From Burkholderiales bacterium (GTDB lineage: Bacteria > Pseudomonadota > Gammaproteobacteria > Burkholderiales > JAEUMW01), in NCBI GenBank assembly GCA_039807745.1, contig JBDHRV010000003.1, forward strand, positions 1-62,390: a DNA stretch of 62,390 nt, in the 5' to 3' direction. The position numbers and the translations under genes are program-made. The notes below the pieces were generated by a model, which saw only the letters and a program-made list of their open reading frames with translations, did not search any database and was not told the origin of the DNA. The first letter of the stretch is position 1. Each line of letters starts with the position of its first letter. Positions 52,740 to 59,799 of this stretch are shown piece by piece.

Positions 52740-52747
52740 CTACCCTC

Positions 52748-53149
52748 ATGTCCGGCTCGAATAGCCCTGAACCCCTGAGCGCGATGCTGGCCCGCGCCAG
52801 CAAACACCTGCTCGATCGCATCGAGAAACGCGGTATCACCGCCACCGATCTCGCCCGCTCGCTCGGCATCGAGGCCTCGCAGAACGTGACGAACTGGAAG
52901 CGCCGCGGGATGCCGGCCAACAAGTTGATCCAGGCCGCCGTGCACTACGGGTATTCCGTCGACGAGCTTCTCGGCCAGACCACCGCATCTGCACCGAAGC
53001 CAGGCCCCGCCGTCCCTGCGGCGCTGCTCGACAGTCTCGCGGAGCTCGATGCCGATGGGCGCGACGATGTCATCTGGTACGCACAGCAACGAGCACAGAA
53101 GGCGCGCGAGAGGTCGCCTCGTCGGCGGAGGAAAAGCCCGGCGGCGTGA
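52748..53149 (+). CDS. cI-like HTH repressor (no S24 peptidase domain)
   Basis: HTH segment GITATDLARSLGIEASQNVTNWKRRGMP. It is divergent from the cro-like gene and has no SD sequence, so it may be leaderless. Confidence 0.6.
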   Translation: MSGSNSPEPLSAMLARASKHLLDRIEKRGITATDLARSLGIEASQNVTNWKRRGMPANKLIQAAVHYGYSVDELLGQTTASAPKPGPAVPAALLDSLAELDADGRDDVIWYAQQRAQKARERSPRRRRKSPAA

Positions 53150-53211
53150 CATGGACGCCGGCTCGACACTGACCGAACACGACATCATGCAGTTGCTGGG
53201 CTGCGCCGATC

Positions 53212-53445
53212 GTGAGCCGTAAATCGAACGCACACCTGGCCCGCACGCTGACGGCGGTGATCGCCGAGCACCCCACGCTCTCCACGCAGCGCGCGCTGGC
53301 GCGGCGCAGCGGCATCGGCCAGCGCACCATCAGCCGGATTTGCCGCGGCGAGGCCAGCCCACGGGTTGATACCATCGAGCGGCTCGCGGATGTGCTCGGA
53401 GTGGATGTCGCGATGTTCCTGCGCCGGCGACGGAGAATTCGGTGA
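53212..53445 (+). CDS. XRE-family HTH protein (77 aa)
   Basis: TQRALARRSGIGQRTISRICRGEASPRVDTIERLADVLGVDV is a classical HTH_3 pattern. Confidence 0.7.
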   Translation: MSRKSNAHLARTLTAVIAEHPTLSTQRALARRSGIGQRTISRICRGEASPRVDTIERLADVLGVDVAMFLRRRRRIR

Positions 53446-53711
53446 ACCTGCTGTACGCCGGCGCCGTGCTCGCTGCTCTCGTCGCGTGGTTCTACCTCGG
53501 TCGCGCGCTCGAGCGCCGCCGCACGCTCCCTGCCCTGCTCGGCGCGATCGCGCTGCTCGTCGTCACCCTGATCGGCGCCGTCGCAGCCATCACGGCCACC
53601 GCCAGTGATGATGACCTGATCGGCGGCCAGGTCCAGTGGCTCGCGCTGCTGCTGATCCTGTTCTCCTGCGGTTTCACCGCCAGCATCTACAGCCGCTATC
53701 GGGGGAAGTAG
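53442..53711 (+). CDS. Three-TM membrane protein in the immunity region (89 aa)
   Basis: Hydrophobic segments LLYAGAVLAALVAWFYL, ALLGAIALLVVTLIGAVAAI and WLALLLILFSCGFTASI. ATGA overlap with the upstream HTH gene. Confidence 0.6.
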   Translation: MNLLYAGAVLAALVAWFYLGRALERRRTLPALLGAIALLVVTLIGAVAAITATASDDDLIGGQVQWLALLLILFSCGFTASIYSRYRGK

Positions 53712-53716
53712 CCGTA

Positions 53717-53731
53717 GAAACATTTCGTTTG
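53717..53731. promoter_or_regulatory. Operator OL2-like imperfect site GAAACA-TTT-CGTTTG
   Basis: One mismatch to AAACA-N3-TGTTT. It overlaps the PL-like -35 element. Confidence 0.45.
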
Positions 53732-53756
53732 ACATGAACGAAACATAGTGTTTATC
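53729..53756 (+). promoter_or_regulatory. PL-like promoter carrying OL1 (AAACATAGTGTTTA, 53741-53754)
   Basis: TTGACA (53729-53734), a 16-nt spacer, then TTTATC. nt 53726-53754 match the reverse complement of 52676-52704 at 27 of 29 positions. Confidence 0.6.
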
Positions 53757-53785
53757 CTGCCTCCACCCTACAGAGGCTGGCAGGC

Positions 53786-54313
53786 ATGAACACCAACGAA
53801 CCCCAGATTCCTCCGGCGCACCGCGCCACCGCACAGACCTACCGCTGCGCACAGTGCACGTGGGAAGGGCGCGACCCGAACCTCACCGACGTCTCCGACC
53901 TGTACCCGCCCGAGCACGAGCGCGCCGGCGAACTGGCGCACACGCATCGCGCGGTGTGCCCGGCCTGCGGCAAGCGGGTGCTCGCGATCGGGCCGGTGCA
54001 GCCGCTGCAGCACTACGACCACAGCGGCTCGGCCAACGCCGCGTGGCTGCGCGAGGTCGATGACCTGTTCGTGCACGAGCTTGCGGTCGCAGCCTCATCG
54101 CTCGAACTCGAGTCCCCGCCGGCGGACATCGACATCCGCGTCCTGCCGACGATGACCGTCGAGCAGGTCGCGCGGCTCTGCCACGAACTGTCCGATGGCG
54201 AGCACGAGGTCTACTGCCGCATCGAGCATGTGTCCGGGCAGCCCGTGCACTACCTCGTGCGCGAGCCGCGCAACGATCAGGAAGTGCCGGCCTGGCTGCG
54301 GAGGACGGCATGA
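53786..54313 (+). CDS. Zinc-ribbon protein (175 aa), first gene of the leftward early operon
   Basis: CAQC...CPAC. GAGG lies 10 nt upstream. Confidence 0.55.
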   Translation: MNTNEPQIPPAHRATAQTYRCAQCTWEGRDPNLTDVSDLYPPEHERAGELAHTHRAVCPACGKRVLAIGPVQPLQHYDHSGSANAAWLREVDDLFVHELAVAASSLELESPPADIDIRVLPTMTVEQVARLCHELSDGEHEVYCRIEHVSGQPVHYLVREPRNDQEVPAWLRRTA

Positions 54314-54564
54314 GCACGCTGCGCTTCCTCTCCCCGTTGCTCGTCGGGTCGACTGCTTTGCTCGTCATGCTCCTGATGTTCTCCTGCGCCACGCCTCGCG
54401 TGGTCGACACGGAAGCCTGCCGCATCGCGCAGATGGACATCGCTGCGGCCGAGGCGTGCCTCGCCGAGCCGACCTGCGCCGCGAAGTGGGACGGCGACCT
54501 GTTCCGCATGCAGTTGAACGCCAACCGCGACTACGTGGCGCAGCGCTGTGGGGTGCGGCCGTGA
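54310..54564 (+). CDS. Small secreted/lipoprotein candidate (84 aa)
   Basis: The signal-like LLVGSTALLVMLLMFSC is followed by a domain with 5 more Cys. Confidence 0.5.
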   Translation: MSTLRFLSPLLVGSTALLVMLLMFSCATPRVVDTEACRIAQMDIAAAEACLAEPTCAAKWDGDLFRMQLNANRDYVAQRCGVRP

Positions 54565-54830
54565 GCGCGCATACGCCGGGACCGTGGACTCTCGCCGAAG
54601 GTCGCAGCGGCTACCAGTTCTGGCCACTCATCCAGCACGGCGGCAAGGACATCGCCGTCTGCTCCCGACAGGTCGACGAGACGGACGCCAACGCCCGCCT
54701 GATCGCCGCCGCGCCGGATCTGTACGAGGCGCTGCGCGCCATGATCGACTGCGCAGGGGATGACGATGCGCGCGCCTACCGCGCCGTGACGCAGGCGAAA
54801 GCCGCGCTCGCGAAGGCGGTGCAGCCGTGA
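54561..54830 (+). CDS. Hypothetical protein (89 aa)
   Basis: GTGA overlap at 54561-54564, within table ORF 54195..54830. Confidence 0.5.
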   Translation: MSAHTPGPWTLAEGRSGYQFWPLIQHGGKDIAVCSRQVDETDANARLIAAAPDLYEALRAMIDCAGDDDARAYRAVTQAKAALAKAVQP

Positions 54831-55276
54831 GCGCCCGCCTGATCAAGGTCTCGAGCGCCGGCGAGCTGCTGCCGGCAGATGCCGCCGACTGGGTCGCGGT
54901 CTACCACCCGGAGCACGAGCTGATCTGGACACGCGATGTGCTGGATTGCGGCGCGGTGCCGTGGCAGCGCGCCGTCGAGGCTGCGAGTGCCGTGACGCTC
55001 TGCGGCTGGACGGACTGGCGCGCGCCGTCGCACATCGACTACGCCTACCTGATCGACAACGACCTGTACGGCCCGGTCCTCGACACCGACTACTTCACGG
55101 TCGCGGATCGATACCAGTGGGAGTGGACGGGCACCGCCTGCAAGCCCTCGGGCTGCGCGCGTTGCGTGGTTCTCGACGGCGGCTACTCGTTCATCGGTCG
55201 CCAGGACTACCGCCTTCACGCCCGCGCGGTGCGCGCCGGTCAGTTATCTGGGCTCTTGGGCGGGAAGGCCACGTGA
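54827..55276 (+). CDS. DUF1566-family protein
   Basis: CGWTDWRAPSHIDYAYLID...ARAVRAGQ resembles the GW.LPT..EL...vRpVR pattern. Confidence 0.6.
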   Translation: MSARLIKVSSAGELLPADAADWVAVYHPEHELIWTRDVLDCGAVPWQRAVEAASAVTLCGWTDWRAPSHIDYAYLIDNDLYGPVLDTDYFTVADRYQWEWTGTACKPSGCARCVVLDGGYSFIGRQDYRLHARAVRAGQLSGLLGGKAT

Positions 55277-55386
55277 ACGCGCCGCTGATGTCCGGCGACC
55301 TCGCCGCGCACGCCTTCGCGGCCGTGCTGATCGTGGCCGGGATCTGCGGCGCGATCGGCTGGATGCTTGAGTGGTGGCGGTCATGA
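55273..55386 (+). CDS. Possible tiny TM protein (37 aa)
   Basis: GTGA overlap. Hydrophobic AFAAVLIVAGICGAIGWMLEWW. Confidence 0.3.
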   Translation: MNAPLMSGDLAAHAFAAVLIVAGICGAIGWMLEWWRS

Positions 55387-55547
55387 GGCCGCGCACCGAA
55401 CCGTGCGGCTGCAAGAGCACCGACACGCAGTGGACCCATCTGTGCGCCGAGCACCGGCGCGAATTCGACGACACCCACCAGCGCTGGCACGCCGAGCACG
55501 AGCAGGCGCGCGCGCGGAAGGAACCGGCATGCCCACCGCAATCCTGA
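55383..55547 (+). CDS. Small Cys/His protein (54 aa), not in the ORF table
   Basis: I translated this by hand as MRPRTEPCGCKSTDTQWTHLCAEHRREFDDTHQRWHAEHEQARARKEPACPPQS. Confidence 0.4.
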   Translation: MRPRTEPCGCKSTDTQWTHLCAEHRREFDDTHQRWHAEHEQARARKEPACPPQS

Positions 55548-55873
55548 CCAACGGCAACGTCCTGATCGTGCTGTACGACATGCTCGTTGATTTCGAGCGC
55601 AACGCGACCTCCGATCCTGAGCGGGGCCAGGAAGTGCTGGAGATGATGTACGCGACCGTGCGCGACAAGCTGCTGGCTAGCAAGCCGGAGCCGCACGAGA
55701 CGGCCGCTGCGCTGTTCCTGAGCGAGTACTTCAAGCACCGCGGCGACTGGACCGCGATGCGCTGCTGCATCGAACGGTCGATCACGTCGGCCGCCGTCGA
55801 CGTAGACGCCCTGCGGGCGAACCTGCGGGCGCAGCCGCTCCCCTCGTTCTTCAACAAACAAGCCGCGCAGTAA
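55529..55873 (+). CDS. Hypothetical protein (114 aa)
   Basis: ATG 55529 within table ORF 55367..55873. Confidence 0.5.
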   Translation: MPTAILTNGNVLIVLYDMLVDFERNATSDPERGQEVLEMMYATVRDKLLASKPEPHETAAALFLSEYFKHRGDWTAMRCCIERSITSAAVDVDALRANLRAQPLPSFFNKQAAQ

Positions 55874-55912
55874 GCGCCGCGGCGTCCACCACCACTCCAA
55901 AGGCAGGGAAAC

Positions 55913-56116
55913 ATGAGCACACGCATCTATCGAATCGAGATCGGCGAGCCGACGACGCCGCTGATCGGCCCCTTCCTCGTGCGCGCCAAGACACGCGCGC
56001 AGGCGCTGTCGAGCGTGCTCGACCCGCTGGTGCGCATCGACGTGGCGAACCAGGAGGACCTGCTCTCGCTCGTCGCGGCCGGCACCAAGGTCACCGATGC
56101 GAAGGAGGCCCCATGA
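55913..56116 (+). CDS. Hypothetical protein (67 aa)
   Basis: Table ORF, coupled to bet. Confidence 0.5.
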   Translation: MSTRIYRIEIGEPTTPLIGPFLVRAKTRAQALSSVLDPLVRIDVANQEDLLSLVAAGTKVTDAKEAP

Positions 56117-56943
56117 GCGCCAAGGGAACACATGCTGCCGTGGCCGGACCGGCCGCGCCCGCCGCCGCGCCGACCCTCGCCGGCAAGCCCAGCCTCGTCA
56201 TGCGCATCGCGAGCCGCTTCGGCGTCGATGCCGACAAGATGCTCGACACGCTCAAGCAGACGGCGTTTCGCACCGAGAAGCCGGCCAGCAACGAGCAGAT
56301 GATGGCGCTGCTCGTCGTCGCGGAGCAGTACGGACTGAATCCGTGGACGAAGGAAATCTACGCCTTCGAGGACAAGTACAAGGGCATCGTCCCGGTGGTG
56401 TCGATCGACGGATGGGTGCGCATCATCAACGAGCGCCCTGAACTCGACTTCATCACCTTCGACTACGCGCCAGATGACTCCGAGGATGCGTGGATCGAGT
56501 GCACGATCGGCCGCAAGGATCGCAGCCGGCCCATCGTCGTGCGCGAGTACCTCAAGGAGTGCTACCGCAAAACGGGACCGTGGGACTCGCATCCGCGCCG
56601 CATGCTGCGCCACAAGACCCTGATCCAGTGCGCGCGCGTGGCCTTCGGATTCGCAGGCATCTACGACCCTGATGAGGCCGAGCGCATTCGCGACGCGAAT
56701 GCCATCGAAGGCTCGTTCACGGCGGTCAGCACGAAGCCGGCCACCGAGGCGCCGAAAGCCATCGAGAGCAAGACGGAAGCGCCGAACGTCGTGCCCGTCG
56801 GCGACCTGCAGCGCCTGATCGACAAGACCGGCATCCCGGAATCGGGCTTCCTGCACCGCTTCGAGATCGACTGCATCGAGTCGCTGCCGCTGAGCCGCGT
56901 CGGCGAGGCTTTCGAGTATCTGCATGGCATCAATGCGGGCTGA
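56113..56943 (+). CDS. bet: Bet-family single-strand annealing recombinase
   Basis: Long stretches match lambda Bet as I remember it: AEQYGLNPWTKEIYAFEDKYKGIVPVVSIDGWVRIINE and GPWDSHPRRMLRHKTLIQCARVAFGFAGIYDPDEAERI. Confidence 0.85.
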   Translation: MSAKGTHAAVAGPAAPAAAPTLAGKPSLVMRIASRFGVDADKMLDTLKQTAFRTEKPASNEQMMALLVVAEQYGLNPWTKEIYAFEDKYKGIVPVVSIDGWVRIINERPELDFITFDYAPDDSEDAWIECTIGRKDRSRPIVVREYLKECYRKTGPWDSHPRRMLRHKTLIQCARVAFGFAGIYDPDEAERIRDANAIEGSFTAVSTKPATEAPKAIESKTEAPNVVPVGDLQRLIDKTGIPESGFLHRFEIDCIESLPLSRVGEAFEYLHGINAG

Positions 56944-57514
56944 GTCGCTCCACTTCGACGCGGAGTCGCACACGTACCGGCTCGCCGGTCGTGTGCTGCC
57001 GAGCGTGACGCAGGCGCTGCGGTTCCTCGAGAACTTCGAGAATGTTCCGCAGCGCCTGCTCGAGGCGGCTGCCGAGTTTGGTCGGCACGTCCACGAGGCC
57101 TGCCACCTGCACAACATGGGGCGCCTCGACTGGAGCGCGCTCGACCCCGCCCTGCACCCATACGTCTCGGCCTACGACAAGTTCCTGATCGAGACCGGCT
57201 TCGTCGTCACGGCCAGCGAGGAGCGCGTCGTGAATGCCCGGTACGGTTTCGCCGGCACACTTGATGTGCGCGGCCGCTACAAGCGGCGCCCAGGCCTCGT
57301 CGACATCAAGTCGACAGCGGCCCTGCCCGCGACGGTCGGGCCACAAACGGCCGCCTATGAGAAGTGCTGCGAGGGATCTCACCGCCGCTACGCGCTGCTG
57401 CTGCGTCCAGATGGCGAGTTTCGATTCAAGCCACTCACCGACCTGCGCGACTGGCCGCTGTTTCTGTCCTGTCTGAACCTGCACAACTACAAGGGATCAC
57501 ACCATGCCCCCTGA
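56924..57514 (+). CDS. PD-(D/E)XK (Cas4/RecB-like) exonuclease, Bet partner
   Basis: HTYRL.GRVLPSVTQAL, GRHVHEA, and GTLDVRG...LVDIKS (D...D.K). Confidence 0.65.
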   Translation: MASMRAESLHFDAESHTYRLAGRVLPSVTQALRFLENFENVPQRLLEAAAEFGRHVHEACHLHNMGRLDWSALDPALHPYVSAYDKFLIETGFVVTASEERVVNARYGFAGTLDVRGRYKRRPGLVDIKSTAALPATVGPQTAAYEKCCEGSHRRYALLLRPDGEFRFKPLTDLRDWPLFLSCLNLHNYKGSHHAP

Positions 57515-58289
57515 AACCGACTTCACGACCAAGCCCGAGGTGATCGAGGCCCGTGAGCTCGCCGAGCGCGCCACCACCGCCGTCAACGGCTACCGCATCG
57601 CCACGCCCGAGCAGTACATCGAGAGCGCGACCGTGCTGCGCAAGATCAAGGCCGGCCAGAAGCGCCTCGAGGAACTGCGCACCGCGATCACGAAGCCGCT
57701 GAACGCTGCCCTCAAGGCCGCGAACGACCTGTTCCGCGCGCCGGCCGAGCAGCTCGCCCAGGTCGAGCGGCAGATCAAGGCAGAGATCAACCGCTACGAC
57801 GCCGAGCAGGAGCGGATTCGCCGCGAGGAGCAGCGCCGCGCTGAAGAAGTGGCGCGCCGCGAGCGCGAGGTCGCCGAGGCGAAGGCCCGCGCCGCGCGCG
57901 AGAAGGCGGACGCCGAGGCCGCTGAACTGCGCCGCCGTGCAGAGGAGGAAGCCGCTGCCGGCCGCGCCGCCGAGGCCGCGAAGCTCGCGGCGAAGGCGGA
58001 CTCGAAGGTCGAACGTGCCGAAGCGCGCGCCGATGCGCTCGAACTGCAGGCGGCGTCCGTCGTCGCGCCCGTGATCCAGCGCGAGGCACCGAAGGTGGCT
58101 GGCATCGCCAAGCGTACCGTCTGGCTGTTCGAGGTGACCGACCCCGCGAAGGTCAACCCGGCTTTCACCATTCCCGACGAGAAGAAGATCAGGAAGCTGG
58201 TCAACTCACTCGGCGCCGATGCCGCCCCGCTGCTCGGCGACGGCGTGCGCGTCTGGTCCGAGCAGCAGATCGCCGCAGGGGCCGCCTGA
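57504..58289 (+). CDS. Coiled-coil protein (Gp157-like?)
   Basis: Central Ala/Glu/Arg coiled coil. Its position after the recombination genes is typical. Confidence 0.4.
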   Translation: MPPETDFTTKPEVIEARELAERATTAVNGYRIATPEQYIESATVLRKIKAGQKRLEELRTAITKPLNAALKAANDLFRAPAEQLAQVERQIKAEINRYDAEQERIRREEQRRAEEVARREREVAEAKARAAREKADAEAAELRRRAEEEAAAGRAAEAAKLAAKADSKVERAEARADALELQAASVVAPVIQREAPKVAGIAKRTVWLFEVTDPAKVNPAFTIPDEKKIRKLVNSLGADAAPLLGDGVRVWSEQQIAAGAA

Positions 58290-58319
58290 ACCGCCATCCA
58301 CACGAGGAGCCTGACCACC

Positions 58320-58685
58320 ATGCCACGCCCATTCTTTGAAACCCTGCGCGAGCTGCGCGCCGGCCGCACGCTCGAGGACCTGCAGGACGCGCTCACCGAA
58401 GCCGTGCAGGCCGTCGCGGACACCGGCAAGCACGCCGAGATCAAGCTGACGCTGCGCGTGCGCCCGCCGCGCAAGGGCAGTGCCGCCTACGTCACGATCG
58501 AGGATGACGTGACCGTGAAGCTGCCGAAGCGCGATCGCGGCGACACCGTGTTCTTCCCGCTGCCGGACGGCTCGCTCAGCCGGCAGGACCCCAACCAGAT
58601 GTCGCTCGGGCTCAGGTCCGTGGCAGACCCCACCGTCGATCTCGCCACCGGCGAGATTCTCACCCCTTCCAGGAGCCAGCAGTAA
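58320..58685 (+). CDS. Hypothetical protein (121 aa)
   Basis: Table ORF. Confidence 0.5.
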   Translation: MPRPFFETLRELRAGRTLEDLQDALTEAVQAVADTGKHAEIKLTLRVRPPRKGSAAYVTIEDDVTVKLPKRDRGDTVFFPLPDGSLSRQDPNQMSLGLRSVADPTVDLATGEILTPSRSQQ

Positions 58686-59488
58686 TGGATGCCGAAACCA
58701 TCAAGGAGATCGTGAACACGATCCGCGTTCAGCCGCCCGTCCTCAGCCGCATCGACGAGGAAACCGCCTATGCGGTCGTGCCCGAGGGCTACAACATCAC
58801 CGACGTCAGCCACCTGTTGCCGCCGCCGAACCGCCCGAAGCAGCGCGTAGCGCTGCTGTCGATCGAGTCATTCAGCGAGTACGTGTGGAAGTTCAAGGGC
58901 GAGCACGCTGCGGTCTTCGCCAACGAGGCGCAGGTGTCCTACGAGGCGGTGCTCGACTACCACGCGCCGGTCGGTCGCGGGACCTGCGATCACGTCGCGA
59001 CCTTCAAGTGCCAGCACTCGCCGCAATGGCTGGCATGGATCAACCAGAACGGCAAGTTGGTCAAACAGGGCGAGTTCGCGCGCCACATCGAGAACAACCT
59101 GCTCGACATCTGCGAGCCGTCGTCTGCCGACATGATGCAGGTCGCGCTCTCGCTCGACGTGAAGAAGAACGTCAAGTTCCAGAGCGACATCCGCCTCAGC
59201 AACGGCCAGCACCAGTTCCGCTACGAGGAGGAGATCCGCGGCACCGTGCGCGCGCTCGACATCGAAGTGCCAGAAACCTTCCGCCTGTTCATCCCCGTGT
59301 TCGACGATGAGGGCGCCTACGAGATTGCCGCGCGCCTGCGCTACCGGCTGCAGGAGGGCGAGTTGCTGATGGGCTACGAACTCGTGCGCCACCAGCAGGT
59401 GCTGCGCGACGCGACCAAGGCGATCACGAAGAAGATTCGCGAGGCGCTGTTCATCACTGACATGTACGTCGGGGCGCGGGTGTCGTGA
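58685..59488 (+). CDS. YfdQ/DUF2303-family protein
   Basis: 267 aa. The length and the ...SFSEYV...FAN......VLDYH...W..H.A.F... pattern match my memory of DUF2303. Confidence 0.55.
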   Translation: MDAETIKEIVNTIRVQPPVLSRIDEETAYAVVPEGYNITDVSHLLPPPNRPKQRVALLSIESFSEYVWKFKGEHAAVFANEAQVSYEAVLDYHAPVGRGTCDHVATFKCQHSPQWLAWINQNGKLVKQGEFARHIENNLLDICEPSSADMMQVALSLDVKKNVKFQSDIRLSNGQHQFRYEEEIRGTVRALDIEVPETFRLFIPVFDDEGAYEIAARLRYRLQEGELLMGYELVRHQQVLRDATKAITKKIREALFITDMYVGARVS

Positions 59489-59799
59489 CCACCACACCCT
59501 CCTTCCAAGCCTGGGCCATCGTGGAACTGTTCGGGCACCAGCGCTGCGCAGGGCGCATCAGCGAGCAGACGATCGGCGGCGAGACCTTCATCCGCGTCGA
59601 CATCCCGAAAAGCGACGGCAGCGAGTACACGCGGCTGTTCGGCAAGGGCGCCATCTACTGCATCAACATCTGTGAGGAGGCCACGGCGCGCGAGTACGCC
59701 TCGCGGACGTACGCGCCGCTGCAGCCCTACACGTCGTTGCCGGCGCCGCCCGATGACCCTGATCCGGACGACGATCCGGTGATACAGGACTGCCGATGA
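59485..59799 (+). CDS. Hypothetical protein (104 aa)
   Basis: AIVELFGHQRCAGRISEQTIGGETFIRVDIP is a pattern common in prophage early regions. Confidence 0.5.
   Translation: MTTTPSFQAWAIVELFGHQRCAGRISEQTIGGETFIRVDIPKSDGSEYTRLFGKGAIYCINICEEATAREYASRTYAPLQPYTSLPAPPDDPDPDDDPVIQDCR

Noticed and set aside
52688-53852. Minus-strand ORFs of 181 and 260 aa across the repressor region
   Set aside because: They are antisense to three well-supported plus-strand genes (two HTH proteins and a TM protein), they are Arg-rich, and they lack plausible starts.
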